From the NCBI GenBank assembly GCA_042563375.1, contig JBHPMF010000001.1, forward strand, positions 11,007 through 75,006: 64,000 nucleotides of DNA, given 5' to 3'. The position numbers and the translations under genes were made by a program. Shown one piece after another: positions 29,475-39,270 of this stretch; within the stretch, counting starts at the first letter, position 1; each line of letters begins with the position of its first letter. Source of the stretch: Elusimicrobiota bacterium. GTDB taxonomy: Bacteria; Elusimicrobiota; Elusimicrobia; JACQPE01. A model generated the notes under the pieces. The model made no database searches. It saw only the letters and a program-made list of their open reading frames with translations, and was not told the origin of the DNA.

Positions 29475-29544
29475 CAATTCACTTTGCTTATTGACAAAGC
29501 TCAAAACAGGGGCTAAATAGATAAATGAGGGAGAGTATGTAAAT

Positions 29545-31308
29545 ATGGCTTCGCAGCGTTTAACTTTAGCAAAGAAAAAAATCGGCGAATTATTGATCGA
29601 AGCAAAGTTATTGAATGATAATCAACTGGGAGAGGCTCTTGGTATCCAGAAAGAGAAGGGCGGCAAGATCGGCAAGATCCTGGTTGACAGGGGCTATATT
29701 ACCGAGCAGGTGCTCTTAACCTATCTTGGAAAACAATGCGGCATAGGGTATGTATCCTTGTCAAGTCTTGGCGAGATACCCAAGTCGATCCTGGAGATTA
29801 TCCCCTTTTCAACCACCAGAAGGCAGCTTCTTATCCCAATAAAGAAAGAGGGGCGCAAGCTCACAGTCGCCATGGCAGATCCTCTCAATGTTTTTGTGCT
29901 TGATGATCTCAAGCTTACAACAGGCCTGGATATCATTCCTGTTATCGCCAGTACAGATGAGATCTCAGGCGCGATCGATAAATTCTATGAAAAGGAAAAG
30001 TCAGTTGAGGAAATGGCTGAAAGCACGGAAAAGGAGTATGAGGAGGCTCTGGAGAAGATCGAGGATTCGGGTGAATTCGAAGAGGTTGGTGATCAAGCGC
30101 AGTCGGGCTTAAGTCTTGATGAGAAAGTCATAGGCGCGCCTGTCGTAAAACTGGTCAATGCCATACTTTCAAAAGCAATAACAGCCAAAGCCTCTGATAT
30201 ACATTTTGAGCCTTATGAGAAAAGCTTTCGCGTCAGGTACAGGATCGACGGGGTCCTGCAGGAACAGCCTTATCCGCCGAAAAGACTCCAGAATTCAGTT
30301 ATTGCCAGGATCAAGGTTCTGGCAAAAGCTGATATTTCCGAGAAAAGAGTTCCCCAGGATGGCAGGATAAAGCTTAAAATGGCAGGCAAAGACATTGATC
30401 TGCGAGTGAGCTTTGTGCCTTCAGTATTTGGAGAGAAGGTTGTATTAAGATTATTGGATTCTTCGGGCTTAAAGCTTAGCTTGAATCAACTCGGCCTTGA
30501 GCCTGATAATCTCGCTGTTTATGCGAAGGTGATACGCTGCCCTTATGGAATGATCCTGATAACAGGGCCGACTGGCAGCGGAAAATCAACCACGCTTTAT
30601 TCAAGCATTTTCGTTCTTAATTCACCCGCAAATAATATTATGACCATTGAGGATCCTGTTGAGTATATCATCGCAGGTATAAATCAGGTCAATATCAAGC
30701 CTGATATAGGGTTTAATTTTGCTGCTGGTTTGCGGGCATTCTTAAGGCAGGATCCTGACATCATCATGGTGGGTGAGATCAGGGACAAGGAAACAGCTGA
30801 GATCGCTGCAAATGCCGCTTTAACAGGACATATGGTGTTTGCAACATTGCATACTAATGATGCTTCGAGTGTTCCTGCAAGGCTTGCGTATCTCGGGGTC
30901 GAGCCTTTTTTGATCGCAAGCAGTTTATTGGCGGTTGTGGCCCAGAGGCTGATCAGGGTATGCTGCAATTACTGCAAGAAACCCTATGAGATAGATTCTG
31001 CTGAGCTTGTAAAGCTCGGGATTCCCGATATCTACCTGCCGGCAATGAGCGAAAAATTAACCATATATAAAACAGATGGATGCGATAAATGTTCCTTCAC
31101 TGGTTACAAAGGACGCATGGGCATACATGAGATCATGGAGATCAATGATGAACTCAGGGAGGCTATAGTGCGCCGCGCTCCTACCCTGGAGATAAAGGAT
31201 ATGGCAACAAAAAACGGCATGGCAGGCTTAAGAATATCCGCTTTGCGCAAGGTATTAAACGGTAGTACCACGATAGAAGAGCTTCTTAGGATCACTGCTG
31301 AGACATGA
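29545..31308 (+). CDS. pilB: Type IV pilus assembly ATPase PilB (GspE family)
   Basis: N-terminal GSPII domain. Walker A GPTGSGKST, Asp box, His box and the tetracysteine motif CNYC...CDKC. Confidence 0.9.
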   Translation: MASQRLTLAKKKIGELLIEAKLLNDNQLGEALGIQKEKGGKIGKILVDRGYITEQVLLTYLGKQCGIGYVSLSSLGEIPKSILEIIPFSTTRRQLLIPIKKEGRKLTVAMADPLNVFVLDDLKLTTGLDIIPVIASTDEISGAIDKFYEKEKSVEEMAESTEKEYEEALEKIEDSGEFEEVGDQAQSGLSLDEKVIGAPVVKLVNAILSKAITAKASDIHFEPYEKSFRVRYRIDGVLQEQPYPPKRLQNSVIARIKVLAKADISEKRVPQDGRIKLKMAGKDIDLRVSFVPSVFGEKVVLRLLDSSGLKLSLNQLGLEPDNLAVYAKVIRCPYGMILITGPTGSGKSTTLYSSIFVLNSPANNIMTIEDPVEYIIAGINQVNIKPDIGFNFAAGLRAFLRQDPDIIMVGEIRDKETAEIAANAALTGHMVFATLHTNDASSVPARLAYLGVEPFLIASSLLAVVAQRLIRVCCNYCKKPYEIDSAELVKLGIPDIYLPAMSEKLTIYKTDGCDKCSFTGYKGRMGIHEIMEINDELREAIVRRAPTLEIKDMATKNGMAGLRISALRKVLNGSTTIEELLRITAET

Positions 31309-31499
31309 TGACTCTGCCATTTCTTTGGGCTAAAGCCGTATTTAATGGCTTTTGAAAAACCCTGATTTTCAGGATTTTTCAAAAGAAGGCATTGTTGCTT
31401 TGATCGATCAGATAGTTTAAACATGTTTATAATGAATAATAACAATACAGTTCCTCGATACCAGCGCGCTGAGCCTTCCCGGCCCGAAGAGGCTGCGCA

Positions 31500-32579
31500 G
31501 TGATATTCGAAGAACTTCTCATGTTAATGAAGCGCAGGGGCGCCAGTGACCTTCATATTTCAGCTGGCAGCCCCCCCATCTTGCGCGTTGATGGCAAGCT
31601 TATTGCCGCAGATGAGAAAATCTTGAGCGGGGATGAATGCCAGAAGCTTATTTATAGCGTTTTAAACGAGTCGCAAAGGCACAAATTCGAGGAAATGAGT
31701 GAACTCGATTCTTCCTTCAGCCTTAAGGAAGTCGGACGTTTTCGTCTCAATGTATTCAGGCAAAAGGGATTTGTCGGCGCTGCTGTGCGCCTTATTCCCC
31801 AAGAAACCGAGTCTTTCGAGCAGCTTGGACTTCCTCAAGTGATTTATGAGGTATCAAAGCTGCCAAAAGGGCTTATACTTGTAACAGGTCCCACCGGGAG
31901 CGGCAAATCAACGACGCTGGCTTCAATAATCAATCATATAAACGAGAACAGGGCATTGCATATCCTCACGATCGAGGATCCTATTGAATTCGTCCATCCC
32001 CATAAAAAGAGCATTGTAAATCAAAGGGAGATAGGGGATGATTGCCGCAATTTCAGCAATGCATTACGCCATGTGCTGCGCCAGGATCCGGATGTAATAT
32101 TGGTCGGTGAGATGAGGGATCTGGAGACGGTAGCCACGGCTTTGACCGTTGCCGAGACAGGGCATCTGGTATTCGCCACACTGCATACCAATGACGCGAT
32201 CGGCACGATAAACAGGATAATAGATGTTTTTCCGTCAAATCAGCAGGAACAGATCAGGGTCCAGCTTTCCTTTGTGCTGGAAGCAGTGTTCTCTCAACAG
32301 CTTTTGCAGCATTCCTCGGGGCATGGCAGGGCAATGGCTTGCGAGGTGCTGATCGCAACAACTGCCATTCGGAACCTGATCAGGGAAGTTAAAATAGAGC
32401 AGATACATTCGTTAATACAGGCCGGAGCTAAATACGGTATGCAGACAATGAATCAATCCTTATGCAGTCTGTATAATCGCAAAATGATTTCCTATCAAGC
32501 GGCCATTGAGAGTACATTATTCCCCGATGAATTGAAAAAGCTCTTAGCTCAAAAGACGGAGGTCAAGATCCATGGCTAG
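31500..32579 (+). CDS. pilT: Twitching motility retraction ATPase PilT
   Basis: About 360 aa with Walker A GPTGSGKST and the PilT-specific AIRNLIRE motif. Confidence 0.9.
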   Translation: MIFEELLMLMKRRGASDLHISAGSPPILRVDGKLIAADEKILSGDECQKLIYSVLNESQRHKFEEMSELDSSFSLKEVGRFRLNVFRQKGFVGAAVRLIPQETESFEQLGLPQVIYEVSKLPKGLILVTGPTGSGKSTTLASIINHINENRALHILTIEDPIEFVHPHKKSIVNQREIGDDCRNFSNALRHVLRQDPDVILVGEMRDLETVATALTVAETGHLVFATLHTNDAIGTINRIIDVFPSNQQEQIRVQLSFVLEAVFSQQLLQHSSGHGRAMACEVLIATTAIRNLIREVKIEQIHSLIQAGAKYGMQTMNQSLCSLYNRKMISYQAAIESTLFPDELKKLLAQKTEVKIHG

Positions 32580-33795
32580 TTTTGCGTATAAGGCAAAATC
32601 TGCCACAGGCGCCATCACCGAGGGCGTGATCGACGCTGACAGTATTAGAACCGCTACAAACCGTCTTAAATCGCAGCGTTTGAATATTGTTGAGATCAAA
32701 GAAGGCGGCGGCGGATTGGGTGAGATCCTCAATAAGTACAATCCATTCAAGCCGTCAGTCAGCGGGAAGGATCTGGTGATTTTCTCGCGCCAGCTCGCGA
32801 CCCTGGTGGCTGCCGGAGTTCCTCTTGTCCAGGGATTGGCTCTGCTTACCGGATCGATCGAGAACCCGCTTTTTAAGAGTATTGTTGAGAAACTCAAGGC
32901 TGATATCGAGGAAGGATCTTCGATATATGAGTCAATGAGAAAGTATCCGGAAGCTTTTACCGAGCTGTACTCATCGATGATCCGGGCGGGTGAGATGGGC
33001 GGCGTGCTGGATGTGATCCTGGACCGCCTTTCAAGCTATCTGGAAGCGTCTGAAGAGCTCAAACATAAGGTCAAGGGGGCGCTGATGTATCCGGCAGTGG
33101 TGGTAACTATTGCCGTGAGTGTGACAGCGTTCCTTTTGATCGTTATTATTCCGCGTTTTGAGGAGATCTTCGCGAGTTTTGGTTCGGAATTGCCGATGCC
33201 TACGCAGATACTTTTAGGATTATCCAAGGGGTTGACCAAGTATTTCTATATGCTTTTTATCGTTCCTTTCGGCTTCTATAGACTGCTCAAGTATGGCCAA
33301 GCGCATGAGCCGTGGGCTACGAGGATCGATGCTGTAGTGCTCAAATTGCCTATATTCGGCGATATCATGCGCAAAGTGGCTATCGCGAAATTCGCGCGCA
33401 CTCTTTCGACCCTGGTAAAATCAGGGGTCAATATATTGGAGGCGCTTGATACCGTAGGCAAGACAAGCGGAAACAAGGTTGTTGAGCATGCTATTGAAGC
33501 ATCCAAGAAGTCAATACAGGAAGGACAGAGGTTCTCTGATCCTTTGAAAAAGAGCGGAGTTTTTCCGGCTATGGTCGTGCAAATGATATCCATCGGGGAA
33601 GAATCCGGAAATCTTGACACAATGCTTTCAAAGATCGCTGATTTTTATGACGGAGAAGTGGACGCCGCTGTTAAAGGCCTGACCAGTATGATCGAGCCTA
33701 TCGTGATCTGTTTCATGGGCGTGGTTGTCGGTGCGATCGTTGTAGCCATGTTCTTACCCATGTTCGAGATATCTTCAGCTGCCGGCGATATGTAA
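32572..33795 (+). CDS. pilC: Type IV pilus platform protein PilC (GspF family)
   Basis: Two GspF repeats, three TM segments. Overlaps the pilT stop. Confidence 0.9.
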   Translation: MASFAYKAKSATGAITEGVIDADSIRTATNRLKSQRLNIVEIKEGGGGLGEILNKYNPFKPSVSGKDLVIFSRQLATLVAAGVPLVQGLALLTGSIENPLFKSIVEKLKADIEEGSSIYESMRKYPEAFTELYSSMIRAGEMGGVLDVILDRLSSYLEASEELKHKVKGALMYPAVVVTIAVSVTAFLLIVIIPRFEEIFASFGSELPMPTQILLGLSKGLTKYFYMLFIVPFGFYRLLKYGQAHEPWATRIDAVVLKLPIFGDIMRKVAIAKFARTLSTLVKSGVNILEALDTVGKTSGNKVVEHAIEASKKSIQEGQRFSDPLKKSGVFPAMVVQMISIGEESGNLDTMLSKIADFYDGEVDAAVKGLTSMIEPIVICFMGVVVGAIVVAMFLPMFEISSAAGDM

Positions 33796-33796
33796 T

Positions 33797-33877
33797 CGAG
33801 AAGTTAGAGGTTGGAGGTCAGAGGTAAGGGGCTGAATCCATTGATCTTTTCTTCTAACTTCTAACTTCTAACTTCTT
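33797..33877. repeat. Heptamer-repeat hairpin between convergent pilC and coaD. The right arm (cttctaa)x3 encodes the last residues (..KLEVRS*) of CoaD.
   Basis: gagaagttagaggttggaggtcagaggtaagggg / cttttcttctaacttctaacttctaacttcttc. The left arm is degenerate with G-for-A substitutions that preserve G-U pairing. Confidence 0.7.
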
Positions 33878-34357
33878 CATTATGGCTTTTTCCACACATT
33901 TCGGTATGAAGTCTTTGGGCGGGCGGCCATGGCGCGAGATCTCCTTGACTATCGATGAAGATAAGTACACATACTTGTCATCAGGCATCATGAATACAGT
34001 TTCTATGGACTCAAGAAGATGGCGATTCATCAGAGCCATTTGAAATTCATATTCAAAGTCGGACACAAAGCGCAATCCTCGTATGATCACCTTTGCTTTT
34101 TTCGTCTTTAGGTAGTCCACAGCCAAACCCTTGAATTCTTCCACAATAACGCGGTTGTGCAAGTTTTTTTCCTTTAAAGCTGTTTTTACCAAATGGATCC
34201 GTTCGCGCACGGGAAATAGCGGGATCTTGGATGTGTTCGCGTTGACCGCGACTATAAGTTTGCCGAATATCGCCAATGATCGCTTGACAATATCAATGTG
34301 CCCGTTCGTGATAGGGTCAAAACTTCCAGGATAAACCGCAATGATATTCTTATGCAT
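33854..34357 (-). CDS. coaD: Phosphopantetheine adenylyltransferase
   Basis: AVYPGSFDPITNGHIDIV is the canonical (H/T)xGH nucleotidyltransferase N-terminus of CoaD. Confidence 0.9.
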   Translation of the reverse strand: MHKNIIAVYPGSFDPITNGHIDIVKRSLAIFGKLIVAVNANTSKIPLFPVRERIHLVKTALKEKNLHNRVIVEEFKGLAVDYLKTKKAKVIIRGLRFVSDFEYEFQMALMNRHLLESIETVFMMPDDKYVYLSSSIVKEISRHGRPPKDFIPKCVEKAIMKKLEVRS

Positions 34358-34390
34358 ATAATCTCACTTTAACATTTTAAAAATGATGAA

Positions 34391-34527
34391 GCAGGAGAAA
34401 GTATACAGTAGACAGCATACAGGGGAGGAGATGGTACGTTTCTAATTAAAAGAGGAATTCTTTTTTCTTATATGCTGCCTGCTTTCTTCTGTGTGCTGCA
34501 TGCTGTCTACTGTATGCTTTCTTCTTA
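34391..34527. repeat. Heptamer-periodic hairpin (AGCATAC/AGTAGAC units, family 3) ending exactly at the recG stop codon
   Basis: Left arm agcaggagaaagtatacagtagacagcatacagggga. Right arm tgctgcctgctttcttctgtgtgctgcatgctgtctactgtatgctttcttcttatga. Confidence 0.7.
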
Positions 34528-36660
34528 TGATATATCGCTTATCTCAAAATCCTTGCCGAATCTTTCTCGTATCAGCGATTTTAGCAATGGAAAGGAATTA
34601 AGATTCGCGCTTTGATCCGTCACCTTTGCGCTTACGCTCTGAGCATGTGCGATAAGCTCAGTGTCTTTCTGGAAATTAGTGTATTTGAATTCGAATTCTC
34701 CGTGCTGGCTGATCCCAAGAAGTTCTCCGGGGCCTCTGAGCTCGAGATCGAGTTTACCTATGTCAAAGCCGTCCTTGGCTTCAATAAAGCGCAGGAGTCT
34801 TTCCCATGCCTGGCTTGGGGCCGCAGAGCTTTTAATGAACTCCTGTGATGGGAACAAGAGGCAGATGCCGGGCAGGTCTCCCCTGCCGACCCTGCCTCGA
34901 AGTTGATGCAGCGTGGCAAGACCGAAACGCTCAGCTGCCAGTATTATTATGATATTGGCTCCTGGAACATCCACTCCGACTTCAATGATGGTCGTTGTGA
35001 TAAGGATATCAAGGTCTCTGCTCCTGAAGCGACTAAGCACTGTTTCCTTGTCTGCTGCGCTCATTCTTCCGTGTAAGTATCCTATCTTGTTCTCGGGAAA
35101 TATCGCCTCGACCCTTTTAGTTTCTTTGATGATATTATGAGCTATGTTATCGTCCTCTATGGCCGGTACGGTTATATAGGCTTGGCCGCCATCATCAAGC
35201 TTTTGCCTGAGGATATCCCAGAGATCATCTTCGTTGCTTATCAATTTGGCCGGGGATATTGTTCTTCCGGGAGGCAGTTCTTCCATAGTAGTCATATCAA
35301 GGTCTCCGTAAAGAGCAAGGGCGAGGGTGCGCGGTATGGGCGTGGCTGAGAGTACGAGCGAATCAGGCACCATGTTCGCTTTATCTCTTAGGCACCATCT
35401 TTGCTTTACCCCGAATCTATGCTGTTCATCAATTATCACAAGGGCCAGGCTTTTAAACAGCACATTTTCCTGAAGGATTGCGTGTGTGCCTACTATCACT
35501 TGCAACTGGCCTGATGATATCCGGTTCAGGATATCGTCTTTTATACTTGGTTTTATATCGCTGTTGAGCGCGGCAAGGCTGATATTAAGGGGTTCGAGAT
35601 ATGCCTTAAGCGTAGCGAAATGCTGAAAAACAAGCACTTCAGTCGGAGCGATAAAAGCTACCTGATGCCCGGAACTGACAGCCCTTATTATCGCGGCTAT
35701 TGCTACCACGGTTTTGCCGCTTCCCACTTCTCCTTGAAGGAGCCTGTTCATCGGGTGCGGCTGCTGCAGATCACTTTGTATCTCTTGTATGGCCGTGCTT
35801 TGGCTTTTTGTGAGAGTGAAAGGCAGACTGTCAAAAAAACTTCTCAAATTCTCGTTCTGAGCGCAGCCTATGTATTTTTGCGGCTTATTGATCAGTTCAA
35901 GCTGCTTTTTCCTTGAGTTAAGAGCTGTAGAGAATATCAAGAGTTCGTAAAACGCATGGCTTTTTCTCGCTAATTCAAGCTCGGACTCATTCTCCGGGAA
36001 ATGGATCTTTTGATAAGCAGAGTTCCAGGCGAATAAATGCTCAGGCATCTCAAAACCACGATCCAGGTTGCCAGCATCCTCAAATATACTTTTAGGCGCC
36101 ATATCCAGCCAGACTTCCATCGCTTTCCAGCGCAAGTTCCTGAGTTCTTTTTGAGAGATGCCTTCTGTTAAGGGGTAGACAGGTACGATCCTGTTGAAAT
36201 GAGGCGAGGCGGCTTTGTTCTCATCGAACACCTCATAATCCTCGACCATAATATCGCGGCCAAAGAACGTTTTTGTGGCTTTCCCATATATGAACAATAA
36301 TGGTTTTGTATCCAGTAATTGCCTCAAGCTCTTAAAGACGTCATACGCGAAGGATGTTTTCCTTATCCATAAAAGGTCAAGATTCCCCCCATCGCCTGTT
36401 TTTGCCTGGACCTTCAGGAATGTGAGGCGGCCATCGCGCGATGTATTCGCGGAAACTGATCCCACTTTGCATGAGAACGCGTATTTATGGCCTTCCTGCA
36501 TCGATGCTTGCTGCATGCTGACGGCCTGGATGCGCCGGTCTTCCCAGACCCTTGGAGTCTCAAGTATCAGGTCTTCCACAGCGCAGAGGTTGAGATGCTT
36601 TTCTAGAATAGCGGCTTTTTTCGGGCCTATGCCTTTGAAGTAGCGGATGGGAGTGGTTAG

Positions 36661-36666
<6 letters not shown>
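34525..36666 (-). CDS. recG: ATP-dependent DNA helicase RecG
   Basis: Wedge domain plus superfamily-2 helicase motifs (GDVGSGKT, DEQHRFG, LSATPIPRT, QLRGRVGR). Confidence 0.9.
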
Positions 36667-36830
<164 letters not shown>

Positions 36831-36852
36831 GATTTCGTATAATATATGCCTT

Positions 36853-37029
36853 ATGGCAAATAAATGTAGCGTCTGCGGAAGAGGGCCCAGAGCCGGAAAG
36901 ACAGTGAGCCATTCTAATAGAGCCACGAACCGCTTTTTTCATCCGAATATCGTTAAGAAGCGTATTCATGAGGGTTCATCAAAGAGAGTGCGTATCTGTA
37001 CATCCTGTCTGAAAAGGACAAACAAATAA
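36853..37029 (+). CDS. rpmB: 50S ribosomal protein L28. True start is the ATG at 36853; the listed ORF 36730-37029 carries a spurious N-terminal extension.
   Basis: MANKCSVCGRGPRAGKTVSHSNRATNRFFHPN... matches the L28 family, including the C4 zinc-ribbon Cys pairs. Confidence 0.85.
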   Translation: MANKCSVCGRGPRAGKTVSHSNRATNRFFHPNIVKKRIHEGSSKRVRICTSCLKRTNK

Positions 37030-37097
37030 CGTCCTGTCACTTTTCTTAAACTGAGAGCTCTCTCGAACGCATAAATTTTTTTAGACACCCGGCTTGA

Positions 37098-38546
37098 TCA
37101 TCCCTTTCGGGGGCCTGATAACACCCTTCTGATTTTTGACCTTGCTCTTGCGGTTTTGACGAATGCGAGCCAATCCTTGTTCGGCTTAGCGTTTTTGCGT
37201 GTGACTATCTCGCATGTATCTCCATTCTTTAATTCAAAGTTAAGCTTCACCATCTTGTTATTAACTTTCGCGCCTATCGCCCTGTTCCCCACTTCGGTAT
37301 GTATGGCATAGGCGAAATCTATGGGCGTGGCGCCTTCCGCGAGCGCCTTGACCTCTCTGCGCGGGGTGAATATGAATATCTGATGCACCCGCAGTTCTGT
37401 TTTAAGACTGTCAAGGAATTCTCCGGGATTTTTCAGATCTTTGAGCCAGGTTAATGTTTCCGCGATCCATGAAAGTTTTGCTTCAAGCTCTTTGTCTTTA
37501 TGGCTGGGGCTGGTTCCCATCTTGTATTTCCAGTGAGCGGCGATACCGTACTCGCAGCGTTTGTGCATCTCATCGGTGCGCACCTGGATCTCATAGATAT
37601 TATCCTCTGGTCCATACACGGTTGTGTGCAGGCTTTGATACATATTGATCTTTGGCTGCGCAATGTAATCGGTAAAAGATCCGGGAACAGGCTTAAAACT
37701 GGCATGTACTTCCCCGAGGATCACATAACAGCTTGAGATCGTGTCCGCGATGATTCTAAGCGCCATAACGTCTTCTATCTCTTCAACAGTTTTATTCTGC
37801 CTGAGCATTTTTTGGTAGATGGAATATATATGCTTTGGTCTGTGCGTGAACGTAAGAGTTCCTTCGTATTTATCAAGTTTTTGCCTGAGTATGCTTTCCA
37901 TGGTTTGCAAGCATTCGTCTCTTTGAGAGGCGTTCTCGTCGAGCTTTTTCAGTATCGCGAGGTATATTTCCTCATCCAAAATTTGAAAGCTGATATCTTC
38001 AAGATCGCTTTTTATCGTGAACATTCCAAGACGATCCGCTATAGGAGCATAAAGATTAAGAGTCTCCTTTGCGATCCTTTGCCTTGATTCAAGGGGCAGA
38101 TAGTTTATCGTGCGCATGTTGTGCAGCCTGTCTGCGAGCTTGATCAATATGACTCTGATGTCTTTTGCGCTTGAGAGAAGCATCTTCCTCCAGTTCTCCG
38201 CTTGATAGAGATCCGGGTCAGAGAATTTGAAACGCTCGAGCTTTGTGACTCCTTCCACGAGGTTGGCTATATCCCTATTGAATTCTTTTACCAGGTCTTT
38301 GTGCGTTGCTTTGGTGTCTTCGACCACGTCGTGTAAAAGTCCGGCGCAGATCGAATTCAGATCGAGTTTGAGCTCAAGAAGGGTTTTCGCTGTTTCAATG
38401 CAATGGATCAGGTAAGGTTCCTCGCTTTTACGCAGTTGGGATTCGTGGGCGTTTTTTGCATAATCATATGCCCTTTCGATCAGGTTTGCGTCCTTGTCAG
38501 GCTCGTATGATTTGAATAAGTCAAGCAAAATATTTATATCGATCAT
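37098..38546 (-). CDS. Short RelA/SpoT-homologue: HD hydrolase, (p)ppGpp synthetase and TGS domains only (482 aa, no ACT/RRM C-terminal regulatory domains)
   Basis: HDVVEDT in the hydrolase domain. RelA_SpoT nucleotidyltransferase region (YQSLHTTV). A TGS-like beta-grasp at the C-terminus. Confidence 0.8.
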   Translation of the reverse strand: MIDINILLDLFKSYEPDKDANLIERAYDYAKNAHESQLRKSEEPYLIHCIETAKTLLELKLDLNSICAGLLHDVVEDTKATHKDLVKEFNRDIANLVEGVTKLERFKFSDPDLYQAENWRKMLLSSAKDIRVILIKLADRLHNMRTINYLPLESRQRIAKETLNLYAPIADRLGMFTIKSDLEDISFQILDEEIYLAILKKLDENASQRDECLQTMESILRQKLDKYEGTLTFTHRPKHIYSIYQKMLRQNKTVEEIEDVMALRIIADTISSCYVILGEVHASFKPVPGSFTDYIAQPKINMYQSLHTTVYGPEDNIYEIQVRTDEMHKRCEYGIAAHWKYKMGTSPSHKDKELEAKLSWIAETLTWLKDLKNPGEFLDSLKTELRVHQIFIFTPRREVKALAEGATPIDFAYAIHTEVGNRAIGAKVNNKMVKLNFELKNGDTCEIVTRKNAKPNKDWLAFVKTARARSKIRRVLSGPRKG

Positions 38547-38553
38547 GGCGTAT

Positions 38554-39270
38554 CTAGTGGCAGTGGATCATAAGCCCCACGGACGCGAGTCCGGCAAGAA
38601 AGCAGACAATGGATACGGGATCTTTTAATCGGTGGATCCGCGGAAGAATGTCGCTTGCCGCAAGATAGATCAAGCCTCCTGCGGAAATACCGGCCAAAAG
38701 GGGTATGGCAGCGCTTCCGCTCTGCCTTATGAAAAACAGGGCGAGTATTGTTCCAAGGGGCATGGTTGCTGCGATCGCCAAGACTACGGCCAGGCTTTTA
38801 TTGAATCCCCATGAGAATTCAGTCTTAAACAATGCCAAGAGCATCAGGGAATCCATCAGTTTATGTATGGCCATGCCAAGGAGTACGCTTTTAAATTCCA
38901 AGGGTCCTACCTTAAAACTTGTGCCGAGTATCGCTCCGTCAAAAAGAGAATGTATAAGAAGTGATACGCATGCCATGACGCCAAGGGAGTGGACCTGGCA
39001 GTCAGTCAGGTGATGGGGACATGAGTGGATGATTATGTAGTTTTCCATGACAAAAAACAGGGTGAAGCCTATGAGAGCTCCGATCAATGTGATCTTCCCC
39101 TGAGACGGTATCAGCAGGTTAAAGCCGCTTGCCAGAAGTATCGCGCTTCCGAAGCTCAATATCCGCCAGAGGGACTTATGAGACCATGAGTGGATCCTGT
39201 AGAATACGCCGGCGAGTATTGCCGTGGACGCCGCAGCTGATGACATAAGTATCGGATTAAGCTCAATCAT
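38554..39270 (-). CDS. ZIP family (ZupT-like) divalent metal transporter
   Basis: Eight TM helices with His/Asp-containing helices (HSLFDGAILG, HKLMDSLMLL) in the ZIP-family arrangement. Confidence 0.6.
   Translation of the reverse strand: MIELNPILMSSAAASTAILAGVFYRIHSWSHKSLWRILSFGSAILLASGFNLLIPSQGKITLIGALIGFTLFFVMENYIIIHSCPHHLTDCQVHSLGVMACVSLLIHSLFDGAILGTSFKVGPLEFKSVLLGMAIHKLMDSLMLLALFKTEFSWGFNKSLAVVLAIAATMPLGTILALFFIRQSGSAAIPLLAGISAGGLIYLAASDILPRIHRLKDPVSIVCFLAGLASVGLMIHCH

Noticed and set aside
29190-29544. Sigma-54 promoter for pilA (TGGCAC-N5-TTGCA)
   Set aside because: No acceptable -24/-12 match on the minus strand. The only TGGTAT...TTTG candidate has wrong spacing and orientation.
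24928-33795. Novel secretion or defence system in the pilus region
   Set aside because: All ten genes map cleanly onto the canonical type IV pilus set (pilQPONM, pilD, pilA, pilBTC). No extra components.
37030-37097. rpmB terminator at palindrome gagagctctc
   Set aside because: The stem is only 4-5 bp and the T-run is 13 nt away. Too weak to call.
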